DNA of 64,000 bases from assembly GCA_965235115.1 (NCBI GenBank), contig OZ249436.1:46564001-46628000 (forward strand), given 5' to 3'. This document shows positions 15,001 through 27,010 of this stretch, in pieces. This stretch comes from Laetmonice hystrix. Taxonomy: Eukaryota. Each line of letters opens with the position of its first letter. The stretch's first letter is position 1. The notes below the pieces were generated by a model. The model made no database searches and was not told the origin of the DNA. It was given only the letters and a program-made list of their open reading frames with translations. Position numbers and translations under genes: made by a program.

Positions 15001-18000
15001 GTACTGTTTGGCCTCCCTGTACCGTTTGCTTGTATACAAGAGTAGCCAGTAGTATAGGGTCGCCTCATGTTTCAGTTTCCATGCCTTTATTGTCCAGGAG
15101 GCAGGACATACGTTTCGTCTGTCATCTACTCCCATCTTATCTGTGTCCCCTACAGACCATCTGTAAGCGTCCGACAACGTTGTCAGGTCGTCCCAATGAC
15201 TGTTTGCCGTCAAGGTTTAGTTAACAATGGCAAATGACGTTGTACGCCTATTCTATATCAGATATCCCATCCCCAAGTAACAAACAAACAAACAAAGGAT
15301 GATTACCCAGAGATTTTGCCGGCAGAAAACACCAGGGTGCAGCTGACGGCGCTGACTGCACTGCCGCCTTCCGGCCAGCGGTGGAATCACCACGTACACC
15401 TGGCCGGGCTGGCAGGCACCTGTGGCCCTTAGGCGAGAGACAGATTAAAGCAAGGATAAGCGAAAAATGTCTACATTTTTGATACGTCAAATTGAAACTA
15501 CGGCCCCCAAAATTATTATTCTTAGGCCAGATGTATAACTGTCAAGCGTATAGGTCTCGTACGTTCGCTACAGATATATGGTTGTGATATGTACACTTCC
15601 CATTTGAGTATCTTCTCGACATTTTAACATTAGATGCTCCTCGCCTATACCTTTCATTTCCACTACCTCACTGTAGTGTTTGCATGGCTACTATAGGCCA
15701 GCTGGTAAGATGTAGGGACTTCTCACTCTACTGGTTGGCCTCCCACACTGCTTGGCTCCACAGTGTAGGCCTACTCTTTGGCCTCACTGTACTCTTTGGC
15801 CTCACTGTAGTGTTCGTTTGGGTGCTAGGCCAGCCAGTATACCTTGTAGCGATTCCTCCCCGTACTGTTTGGCCTCCCTGTACTGTTTGCTTGTATACAA
15901 GAGTAGCCAGTAGTATAGGGACGCCTCATGTTTCAGTTTCCATGCCTTTATTGTCCAGGAGGCAGGCCATACGTTTCGTCTATCATCTACTCCCATCTAA
16001 TCTGTGTCCCCTACAGACCATCTGTAAGCGTCCGACAACGTTGTCAGGTCGTCCCAATGACTGTTTGCCTTCAAGGTTTAGTTAACAATGGCAAATGACG
16101 TGGTACGCCTATTCTATATGAGATATCCCATCCCCAAGTAACAAACAAACAAAGGATGATTACCCAGAGATTTTGCCGGCAGAAAACACCAGGGTGCAGC
16201 TGACGGCGCTGACTGCACTGCCGCCTTCCGGCCAGCGGTGGAATCACCACGTACACCTGGCCGGGCTGGCAGGCACCTGTGGCCCTTAGGCGAGAGACAG
16301 ATTAAAGCAAGGATAAGCGAAAAATGTCTACATTTTTGATACGTCAAATTGAAACTACGGCCCCCAAAATTATTATTCTTAGGCCAGATGTATAACTGTC
16401 AAGCGTATAGGTCTCGTACGTTCGCTACAGATATATGGTTGTGACATGTACACTTCCCATTTGAGTATCTTCTCGACATTTTAACATTAGATGCTCCTCG
16501 CCTGTACCTTTCATTTCCACTACCTCACTGTAGTGTTTGCATGGCTACTATAGGCCAGCTGATAAGATGTAGGGACTTCTCACTCTACTGGTTGGCCTCC
16601 CACACTGCTTAATTGGCTCCACAGTGTACTGTTTGGCCTCACTGTACTCTTTGGCCTCACTGTAGTGTTCGTTTGGGTGCTAGGCCAGCCAGTATACCTT
16701 GTAGCGATTCCTCCCCGTACTGTTTGGCCTCCCTGTACCGTTTGCTTGTATACAAGAGTAGCCAGTAGTATAGGGACGCCTCATGTTTCAGTTTCCATGC
16801 CTTTATTGTCCAGGAGGCAGGACATACGTTTCGTCTATCATCTACTCCCATCTTATCTGTGTCCCTACAGACCATCTGTAAGCGTCCGACAACGTTGTCA
16901 GGTCGTCCCAATGACTGTTTGCCGTCAAGGTTTAGTTAACAATGGCAAATGACGTTGTACGCCTATTCTATATTAGATATCCCATCCCCAAGTAACAAAC
17001 AAACAAACAAAGGATGATTACCCAGAGATTTTGCCGGCAGAAAACACCAGGGTGCAGCTGACGGCGCTGACTGCACTGCCGCCTTCCGGCCAGCGGTGGA
17101 ATCACCACGTACACCTGGCCGGGCTGGCAGGCACCTGTGGCCCTTAGGCGAGAGACAGGTTAAAGCAAGAATAAGCGAAAAATGGCTACATTTTTGATAC
17201 GTCAAATTGAAACTACGGCCCCCAAAATTATTATTCTTAGGCCAGATGTATAACTGTCAAGCGTATAGGTCTCGTACGTTCGCTACAGATATATGGTTGT
17301 GATGTGTACACTTCCCATTTGAGTATCTTCTCGACATTTTAACATTAGATGCTCCTCGCCTGTACCTTTCATTTCCACTACCTCACTGTAGTGTTTGCAT
17401 GGCTACTATAGGCCAGATGGTAAGATGTAAGGACTTCTCACTCTACTGGTTGGCCTCCCACACGGCTTGGCTCCACAGTGTACTGTTTGGCCTCACTGTA
17501 CTCTTTGGCCTCACTGTAGTGTTCGTTTGGGTGCTAGGCCAGTCAGTATACCTTGTAGCGATTCCTCCCCGTACTGTTTGGCCTCACTGTACCGTTTGCT
17601 TGTATACAAGAGTAGCCAGTAGTATAGGGACGCCTTATGTTTCACTTTCCATGCCTTTATTGTCCAGGAGGCAGGCCATACGTTTCGTCTATCATCTACT
17701 CCCATCTAATCTCTGTTCCCTACAGACCATCTGTAAGCGTCCGACAACGTTGTCAGGTCGTCCCGATGACTGTTTGCCGTCAAGGTTTAGTTAACAGTGG
17801 CAAATGACGTTGTACGCCTATTCTATATGAGATATCCCATCCCCAAGTAACAAACAAACAAAGGATGATTACCCAGAGATGTTGCCGGCAGAAAACACCA
17901 GGGTGCAGCTGACGGCGCTGACTGCACTGCCGCCTTCCGGCCAGCGGTGGAATCACCACGTACACCTGGCCGGGCTGGCAGGCATCTGTGGCCCTTAGGC

Positions 18001-21000
18001 GAGAGACAGGTTAAAGCAATGATAAGCGAAAAATGGCTACATTTTTGATACGTCAAATTGAAACTACGGCCCCCAAAATTATTATTCTTAGGCCAGATGT
18101 ATAACTGTCAAGCGTATAGGTCTCGTACGTTCGCTACAGATATATGGTTGTGATGTGTACACTTCCCATTTGAGTATCTTCTCCAGATTTTAACATTAGA
18201 TGCTCCTCGCCTGTACCTTTCATTTGCACTACCTCACTGTAGTGTTTGCATGGCTACTATAGGCCAGCTGGTAAGATGTAGGGACTTCTCACTCTACTGG
18301 TTGGCCTCCCACACTGCTTGGCTCCACAGTGTAGGCCTACTCTTTGGCCTCACTGTACTCTTTGGCCTCACTGTAGTGTTCGTTTGGGTGCTAGGCCAGC
18401 CAGTATACCTTGTAGCGATTCCTCCCCGTACTGTTTGGCCTCCCTGTACCGTTTGCTTGTATACAAGAGTAGCCAGTAGTATAGGGACGCCTCATGTTTC
18501 AGATTCCATGCCTTTATTGTCCAGGAGGCAGGACATACGTTTCGTCTATCATCTACTCCCATCTTATCTGTGTCCCCTACAGACCATCTGTAAGCGTCCG
18601 ACAACGTTGTCAGGTCGTCCCAATGACTGTTTGCCGTCAAGGTTTAGTTAACAATGGCAAATGACGTTGTACGCCTATTCTATATCAGATATCCCATCCC
18701 CAAGTAACAAACAAACAAACAAAGGATGATTACCCAGAGATGTTGCCGGCAGAAAACACCAGGGTGCAGCTGACGGCGCTGACTGCACTGCCGCCTTCCG
18801 GCCAGCGGTGGAATCACCACGTACACCTGGCCGGGCTGGCAGGCACCTGTGGCCCTTAGGCGAGAGACAGGTTAAAGCAATGATAAGCGAAAAATGGCTA
18901 CCTTTTTGATACGTCAAATTGAAACTACGCCCCCCCAAAATTATTATTCTTAGGCCAGATGTGTAAGTGTCAAGCGTATAGGTCTCGTACGTTCGCTACA
19001 GATATATGGTTGTGATGTGTACACTTCCCATTTGAGTATCTTCTCCAGATTTTAACATTAGATGCTCCTCGCCTGTACCTTTCATTTCCATTACCTCACT
19101 GTAGTGTTTGCATGGCTACTATAGGCCAGCTGGTAAGATGTAAGGACTTCTCACTCTACTGGTTGGCCTCCCACACTGCTTGGCTCCACAGTGTACTCTT
19201 TGGCCTCACTGTACTCTTTGGCCTCACTGTAGTGTTCGTTTGGGTGCTAGGCCATCCAGTATACCTTGTAGCGATTCCTCCCCGTACTGTTTGGCCTCCC
19301 TGTACCGTTTGCTTGTATACAAGAGTAGCCAGTAGTATAGGGACGCCTCATGTTTCAGTTTCCATGCCTTTATTGTCCAGGAGGCAAGCCATACGTTTCT
19401 TCTATCATCTACTCCCATCTAATCTATGTCCCCTACAAACCATCTGTAAGCGTCCGACAACGTTGTCAGGTCGACCCAATGACTGTTTGCCGTCAAGGTT
19501 TAGTTAACAATGGCAAATGACGTTGTACGCCTATTCTATATCAGATATCCCATCCCCAAGTAACAAACAAACAAACAAAGGATGATTACCCAGAGATTTT
19601 GCCGGCAGAAAACACCAGGGTGCAGCTGACGGCGCTGACTGCACTGCCGCCTTCCGGCCAGCGGTGGAATCATGACGTACACCCTGCCGGGCTGGCAGGC
19701 ACCTGTGGCCCTTAGGCGAGAGACAGGTTAAAGCAATGATAAGCGAAAAATGGCTACATTTTTGATACGTCAAATTGAAACTACGGCCCCCAAAATTATT
19801 ATTCTTAGGCCAGATGTATACTGTCAAGCGTATAGGTCTCGTACGTTCGCTACAGATATATGGTTGTGATGTGTACACTTCCCATTTGAGTATCTTCTCC
19901 AGATTTTAACATTAGATGCTCCTCGCCTGTACCTTTAATTTCCACTACCTCACTGTAGTGTTTGCATGGCTACTATAGGCCAGCTGATAAGATGTAGGGA
20001 CTTCTCACTCTACTGGTTGGCCTCCCACACTGCTTAATTGGCTCCACAGTGTACTGTTTGGCCTCACTGTACTCTTTGGCCTCACTGTAGTGTTCGTTTG
20101 GGTGCTAGGCCAGCCAGTATACCTTGTAGCGATTCCTCCCCGTACTGTTTGGCCTCCCTGTACCGTTTGCTTGTATACAAGAGTAGCCAGTAGTATAGGG
20201 ACACCTCATGTTTCAGTTTCCATGCCTTTATTGTCCAGGAGGCAGGCCATACGTTTCGTCTATCATCTACTCCCATCTAATCTGTGTTCCCTACAGACCA
20301 TCTGTAAGCGTCCGACAACGTTGTCAGGTCGTCCCGATGACTGTTTGCCGTCAAGGTTTAGTTAACAATGGCAAATGACGTTGTACGCCTATTCTATATC
20401 AGATATCCCATCCCCAAGTAACAAACAAACAAAGGATGATTACCCAGAGATGTTGCCGGCAGAAAACACCAGGGTGCAGCTGACGGCGCTGACTGCACTG
20501 CCGCCTTCCGGCCAGCGGTGGAGTCACCACGTACACCTGGCCGGGCTGGCAGGCACCTGTGGCCCTTAGGCGAGAGACAGGTTAAAGCAAGGATAAGCGA
20601 AAAATGGCTACCTTTTTTTATACGTCAAATTGAAACTACGGCCCCCAAAATTATTATTCTTAGGCCAGATGTATAACTGTCAAGCGTATAGGTCTCGTAC
20701 GTTCGCTACAGATATATGGTTGTGATGTGTACACTTCCCATTTGAGTATCTTCTCCAGATTTTAACATTAGATGCTCCTCGCCTGTACCTTTCATTTCCA
20801 CTACCTCACTGTAGTGTTTGCATGGCTACTATAGGCCAGCTGATAAGATGTAGGGACTTCTCACTCTACTGGTTGGCCTCCCACACTGCTTAATTGGCTC
20901 CACAGTGTACTGTTTGGCCTCACTGTACTCTTTGGCCTCACTGTAGTGTTCGTTTGGGTGCTAGGCCAGCCGGTATACCTTGTAGCGATTCCTCCCCGTA

Positions 21001-21832
21001 CTGTTTGGCCTCCCTGTACCGTTTGCTTGTATACAAGAGTAGCCAGTAGTATAGGGACGCCTCATGTTTCAGTTTCCATGCCTTTATTGTCCAGGAGGCA
21101 GGACATACGTTTCGTCTATCATCTACTCCCATCTTATCTGTGTCCCCTACAGACCATCTGTAAGCGTCCGACAACGTTGTCAGGTCGTCCCAATGACTGT
21201 TTGCCGTCAAGGTTTAGTTAACAATGGCAAATGACGTTGTACGCCTATTCTATATTAGATATCCCATCCCCAAGTAACAAACAAACAAACAAAGGATGAT
21301 TACCCAGAGATTTTGCCGGCAGAAAACACCAGGGTGCAGCTGACGGCGCTGACTGCACTGCCGCCTTCCGGCCAGCGGTGGAATCACCACGTACACCTGG
21401 CCGGGCTGGCAGGCACCTGTGGCCCTTAGGCGAGAGACAGGTTAAAGCAAGAATAAGCGAAAAATGGCTACATTTTTGATACGTCAAATTGAAACTACGG
21501 CCCCCAAAATTATTATTCTTAGGCCAGATGTATAACTGTCAAGCGTATAGGTCTCGTACGTTCGCTACAGATATATGGTTGTGATGTGTACACTTCCCAT
21601 TTGAGTATCTTCTCCAGATTTTAACATTAGATGCTCCTCGCCTTACCTTTCATTTCCACTACCTCACTCTAGTGTTTGCATGGCTACTATAGGCCAGCTG
21701 GTAAGATGTAGGGACTTCTCACTCTACTGGTTGGCCTCCCACACTGCTTGGCTCCACAGTGTACTGTTTGGCCTCACTGTACTCTTTGACCTCACTGTAC
21801 TGTTCGTTTGGGTGCTAGGCCAGCCAGTATAC
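1..21832. repeat. Tandem satellite array, ~25.5 monomers of ~853-861 bp, runs off the left edge
   Basis: The same sequence recurs at steps of 859, 855, 855, 861, 854, 853, 857, 856, 854 bp (equivalent ORF ends 397, 1256, 2111, 2966, 3827, 4681, 5534, 6391, 7247, 8101). Copies differ by scattered SNPs and (ACAA)n or small indels. The array ends abruptly at ...cagccagtatac|atgtcc. Confidence 0.99.
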
Positions 21833-21921
21833 ATGTCCATAATCATCCTGATGAACGCCATCGATACGAAAACTAATTGAAGAGCAAACGTCCTTGATAA
21901 AGGGTGACCCAGCAAAATTCA

Positions 21922-22199
21922 GGCGCTGGAGTCACCGGGCAGGCTGCCGCCGTCACGTGTGACGCCTAGGCCAATCAGCAGCCATGTATGAACTCGCCGT
22001 TTCAGAAATCTAAGCTACTTACCAGGTACCGGCCCAGGTACCGGGTTGACTAGTGATGCCGAGGTCAGCCTAATAAAGCATATGATTCTTTTAGACAGGA
22101 AGTTGTTTCACTGATCTGTCTTTGACCGAGTCGGTCGTAAGGCACGTCAGCTGAACGCCCCCCCCCCCCCCCCCAAATCACCACCACCTCATGGCGGCC
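21922..22199 (+). repeat. Copy 1 of a ~270-bp direct duplication flanking the H2B pseudogene
   Basis: Closely similar to 22981-23104 plus 23607-23757 (gtcaccgggcaggctgccgcc...tcacgtgtgacgcctaggccaatcagcagccatg...gaggtcagcctaataa...ggcacgtcagctgaac). Confidence 0.9.
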
Positions 22200-22403
22200 G
22201 GGAATTGATGATATCGTTTCTGAACAAATTCCAGCAAAGCCCGATGATCGTGAATAAAGAAGGTGCATAGAAATACTCCTGATGCATGTTAAAACTATAA
22301 TTACTATATAACTTGCTGGGACGGGTTTAGAGGTATGCAAAGAAAGAGCACGTATTATATGGATATGATATTAGCAAGATCGATTCTTTTCTGATGTTGT
22401 TGG

Positions 22404-22419
22404 GGTCCTGAGAAGGACC
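22404..22419 (-). terminator. Replication-dependent histone mRNA 3' stem-loop
   Basis: Minus strand GGTCCT-TCTC-AGGACC (6-bp stem, 4-nt loop) ~30 nt after the H2B stop, followed by a purine-rich CAGAAAAGAA downstream element. Confidence 0.9.
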
Positions 22420-22448
22420 ATTAGTTTCGTTTCGTAGATTCAGCCTTT

Positions 22449-22810
22449 TTACTTGGAGCTGGTATACTTGGTGACGGCCTTGGTGCCTTCACTGACGGCG
22501 TGCTTGGCCAGCTCACCGGGGAGAAGCAGACGGACGGCCGTCTGGATTTTCGGGCTGGTGATAGTAGAGCGGCGGTTGTAGTGGGTCAGACGTGAAGCCT
22601 CGGCTCGAAGATGTCGTTCACAAACGAGTTCATGATAGACATGGCCTTGCTGGAGATACCTGTGTCTGGGTGGACCTGCTTCAACACCTTGTAGATGTAG
22701 ATGGAGTAGGATTCCCTCCTCCTCCTCTTGTGCTCCTTGTCGCCCGTGCGGACGGCGTTGGCCTTGCTAGCGGCCTTCTTAGCTCCCTTCGACGCTGGTT
22801 TTAGCGGCAT
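22449..22810 (-). pseudogene. H2B: Histone H2B pseudogene (orphon) with a 10-bp frameshifting deletion
   Basis: Reads [16 protein letters not shown]...[37 protein letters not shown], then shifts frame near 22605. The other frame resumes [51 protein letters not shown]. Length is 362 bp where the intact frame would be 372. Substitutions at normally invariant sites (SRE->SPK). Confidence 0.97.
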
Positions 22811-22850
22811 GATGTCAGTGTTTCGACTAAGGTGCCAGTCGGCGCGTTTT

Positions 22851-22876
22851 CTTTATATGTGGCGTCGTATGCAAAT
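22851..22876 (-). promoter_or_regulatory. H2B promoter: octamer ATTTGCAT plus TATA box
   Basis: Minus strand ATTTGCAT (22876-22869) then TATAAAG (22857-22851), ~40 nt before the ATG; this is the known H2B octamer-TATA arrangement. Confidence 0.85.
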
Positions 22877-22980
22877 TAGCAGCGAGTTCATACTGAAAGG
22901 AGCCATGCATGGTTCATCCGCGTTCCGTTGGTGCCGCCACATATTATACCCCGACGCCGTGCCTGTTAGGGAGCAGCTTT

Positions 22981-23757
22981 GGCGCTGTAGTCACCGGGCA
23001 GGCTGCCGCCATCACGTGTGACGCCTAGGCCAATCAGCAGCCATGTATGGACTCGCCGTTTCAGAAATCTAAGCTACTTCCCAGTTACCGGCCCATTTGA
23101 CCAGCAAGATGGCGTCGGTCGGCATAACCCTAGATTTAATAATTTTCATTAATGTCTTATAATAGAAATTATTTACAATTACAATTATTTAGCCAGTAGT
23201 GAACGGTGACGTCTGAAAGTATCGCTTAGATAGACTCGGGTCTGTCTCCCATGAACTGGCTGATGGGTCGGAAGGAGCTTGCATGGGTCCACGTTCGGTC
23301 GTAGTCTGGCAACACGTGCTGATGGTCAAACACTGACAGTATGATGAGTCACTTAGTGTCCACTTGGAGCCGGGAGGGTGCAAGGCTGAGAAAAGTGCGA
23401 CATGACTCTTCTAAAGGGATGTAGCAATACAACCCGTTCCCCGTCAGTGGGTCGATCTGTGGCGTATGGCGGCTACCATTGGGTTATCACGTGTTGTATC
23501 AGACGCCAGATCTTCGAACGGTAGGATGAACGGATCTAGTCGACTAAGACCAAGTTCACTTTTTTTTAAATAATTCTCCTATGATACTTTTAATAACTCA
23601 TATAACTGACCAGTGATGCCGAGGTCAGCCTAATAAGGAAGATGATGCTTTTAGAAAGGAAGTTGTTTCACTGAAAGGCGTCTGTCTTTGACCGAGTCGG
23701 TTGTAAGGCACGTCAGCTGAACAACTCCCACCCCTTGCCCACCACCTCATGGTGGCC
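22981..23757 (+). repeat. Copy 2 of the direct duplication flanking H2B, interrupted by a 502-bp insertion
   Basis: Matches 21922-22199 once 23105-23606 is removed. Confidence 0.88.
23105..23606. mobile_element. Unclassified 502-bp insertion with a 7-bp target-site-like duplication
   Basis: Flanked by TGACCAG at 23098-23104 and 23607-23613; the paralogous empty site near 22047 has a single TGACTAG. No TIRs seen. Confidence 0.6.
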
Positions 23758-24291
23758 TACCCAAGGTTAATTAAAATTCCTGCATCTTCCATCTGTTGGC
23801 ATTGTACAAATATCGTGTGCTTCTTGAAATTATTCAAAATACATGCTAGAGACCGGCCTCAGACTGGAGCAAACACTACATGTAGTGACTGGCCTTTGTA
23901 ACCAAGTGGGGGTCGGACTTCGATAATGGGTGATGGAATTGGACCCTCGTGGTCACAGCAGACAACACAACACCGGGTTCTTCAGCAACTTAGTCTATTT
24001 GACTTAAGACGTACAGCATCATGCGGCGATCTTGGAAGTTGAGTGTTTTCTCGGCTCGGCCAGTCCTTCTGTTAGCTCGTCCCGCCCCGTTCTGACTAGC
24101 CTGTCTACTGCTCCTATATTTATACCCCGGGCCCCTCTCCCTGGGCGTTCCCGTCTTAACATGTTTGCATTCTTTCACGTAATTTTGCGTCTAGACTATG
24201 TCTGGAAAGGACCATTTTGCACGGTATGACCGGCGTTTCACTTAACCTTAAGGCCCTCAGCTATGTCACAATCATTGCAAACGATATGTTA

Positions 24292-24541
24292 TATCGGATG
24301 GATAAAAAAAACGCCCCGAACTTTAAACTTTAATATTTAAAAAACTATGCATTATAATTCAATAACATTTCTTCTAATATCACTTCATCATATTATCTCT
24401 GGTATGTTAAAGTTTCAGCTCCCGTGGCGCTAAAAACAAGAATCAGTGTCTAAAAACGCAATGCCGGAAATAGGTCAAATATCATGCAGCTGCCAGGTGT
24501 CCAATTTGACACCTGTTTGATTCACCGCATTGTACCTTGGG
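24292..24541 (+). mobile_element. Truncated left end of a Tc1/mariner-type MITE
   Basis: TA|TATCGGATGGATAAAAAAAACGCCCCGAACTTT...CATTGTACCTTGGG matches the first ~270 bp of the complete element at 47851-48704. Confidence 0.85.
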
Positions 24542-24770
24542 CCAGTCAGTACATGTGGTGAGCCCTCACTCTAGTGTTTGCTAGAGTATAAAGCCAGTCA
24601 GTCCATGTGGGCAGCCCTCACTGTAGTGTTTTCTCCAGGGTGAGGCCAATCAATACATGTAGGAATCCCTTACTCTAGTGTTTGCTCCAGTCTAAGGCTA
24701 GCCACTACATGTAGAGCCCGGCCTCAGACTCGAGCAAAACTTCATGTAGTGACTGGCCTTATACTCGAGC
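24541..24770. repeat. Degenerate ~52-bp minisatellite
   Basis: Units of gccagtcagtacatgt...ccctcact(c/g)tagtgtttgct; an inverted related piece lies at ~23850-23900. Confidence 0.7.
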
Positions 24771-26427
24771 TTACTAGTAGAATCATGGTAACAACAGAAA
24801 TTGAGAGAGGAAAGTAGGGGATGGACGAAGGAAGAAAGGGCCGGATTGTTGCTCTCCATAGTGCCTGCCGGACTCTACGGCCATGCAAAAACATCTAGGC
24901 TGATGATACCTGTATCTTATAACTTAGCAGTTTATAGGCCTATTGGTTGGAGAGAGCAGATCTTCCATACTTCAGATTTGGTATAACTTTTTCTAGACGA
25001 CTATACAGAAATACAAAGATATGAGATCAACATATATCCCCTTTAGGGAGGAACGGGATTCAGAAATGTCAGGTTTCCCCAAGTGACGCGCTTCTGCGCG
25101 GTAGGCCTAACTTGTTAATGTTCAAGGGGATTTTCGGGCAGGCTACGCTGGTGTTCAGTGTTGTAAACTTGGATTTTTATTCTAGTATTCGGGTGTGCTA
25201 CGGAAATAGGCTGAATAGGTTTTTGTGGCCAAAAAACGGGTCCAGACCTCCTGGACCCCTGCCCCTCGATCCGCTCCTGCCTTTGAGCATCGGTAAACCT
25301 TTATACGGAGAAACACCTTTGTTGTTTTGTTTTAACGAAGTGTGGATAAAAGACACAAAAGACTTATTTTTAGACGTTCTTTTTATTTTAAAACTGTCAG
25401 AAAGAAATGACGAATGATATATTTCATCACCAGAGGAACAGCTCTGACACCGGAAGCATGATGTGACAATACAAATTTCTTTGAGCTCTATAGCGCTGCT
25501 GCATCTGAAAAGGTTTGTTTACAAAGTTCTTGTTAGTCAGATTTTTTAGGCCTTCTTATCTGCATCCAGGAAGCACAACCATATTTGCACACATATCACA
25601 TTTGCGCGCTTCACATATGTTAGAGGGAATCTTTTTTCAAGAAAAATGGTCTTTATTTCATCTTGATTGGCCAATGCATTGATGAATTATGTTATTTTTC
25701 TGTCATCAAAGTCATGGCTCTGAATTACTGTGAGGCAGCGTGATGCCCATGAGGATTACCCATCACGCTGCCTGACAGTGGCACTTAAAGCAGCAGTCTC
25801 GTCCGTTAGACCATGCTCGCAACCACCTTGGCCTAGTGACCTATTTCACGTCCATCCTATGCTGTAGCATAGGAACTGACATCTATAAATAGCACATCGA
25901 CCGTTAGGGTGGACCCCTCATCGCACAATGCTGAAGGACATAACATAAAGTAACATAATTCATGAGTGCATTAACCAATTAGGATAAAATAAAGACCATT
26001 AATTTTGAAAAAAGATTATCTATAACTTATGTGAAATTTGCAAATGTGACAGGTGTAGGCCTACACATATGGTTGTGCAATTCTTCTTTGGACACCCTGT
26101 ATAGTCCACGCCACAGAATGTTATTTTGTGTAGGATAGGGCTGAGACTAGATCTCCAGCCCACCTCAGACCTGTTCTTTGTTCTTTATGTATGGCTTTCT
26201 CTGCCAAGTTTTCTATGTTTTCTAAACCGACTCCATTCACGTGACACAACGAGACGCACGAATCCCGCATCAATACTGTCCCGCATCAATCAATGTCCTC
26301 ATCAAGACAGACAATTACTGCACGATAAACGGCCACACAATCATCTACATGTACAAAGTCAAACTATACTCACCAGTTCTTGTACATGACCTCTTTCTGT
26401 GATCTATCCACTCAGTTTGTGTCCTCT

Positions 26428-26524
26428 CACCCCCACCCCACCCCCACCCCACCCCACCCCACCCCACCCCACCCCCACCCCACACCCACCCACACCCACA
26501 CCACACCACATCCACACCCACCCC
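26428..26524. repeat. (ACCCC)n / C-rich microsatellite
   Basis: Directly visible. Confidence 0.95.
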
Positions 26525-26572
26525 GTCAGTTCGTTATTCATGGTCCCTCCGCCGAGGTTGTGGTATATATGC

Positions 26573-26909
26573 CACTGGGGGATCCAGGGGGCCCAAGGGG
26601 CACGGGCCCCCTTAAATTTTCCTTTTACCCGCTTTTTTTTAAAGAAGATGCATTATTCGGACCCTGAAACCAGTATTCCAACAAATTCTTTTTAAAAAAG
26701 CCTCCTATATTATACGTGATAGTAACATCGGGCCCAAAGGGGCCTCCTCAGTCATCCAGGAGCAACATAACTATGCGCCATTGCGCATTGAAATAGATCA
26801 AAAGGGGCCCAAAATGGCTATAAGTGCAATAAAATCATGCCGAGCGTAGTGAGGCTAAAAAAAATTTTCAGGTGGGCCCCCCTTTATCAAAATCCTGGAT
26901 CCCCCACTG
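26573..26909. mobile_element. MITE with CA(C/G)TGGGGGATCCAGG TIRs
   Basis: cactgggggatccagg ... cctggatcccccactg, flanked by TATGC at 26568-26572 and 26910-26914. Confidence 0.85.
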
Positions 26910-27010
26910 TATGCGTAACGTGTACCTCTGGGAGAAGAAATGGTACGTACCTGGCTGGCAATGACAGTGTCCGTTTTTTTCTTAGCTGTCAACTCTAAAA
27001 TTAACAAACC

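Noticed and set aside
1..21832. CRISPR array or 5S/snRNA gene cluster
   Set aside because: No unique spacers and a eukaryotic context; no recognisable 5S, U-snRNA or SL sequence in the monomer.
397..21880. Repeated 60-133 aa ORFs on both strands of the satellite
   Set aside because: They overlap on both strands, are freely broken by frameshifts between copies and show no recognisable domain; by-products of the repeat.
23990..24140. Minus-strand TATAAATA and faint H4-like codons near the H2B orphon
   Set aside because: No continuous histone reading frame can be recovered.
26380..26695. Pro/His/Thr-rich ORFs
   Set aside because: Translation of the ACCCC microsatellite.
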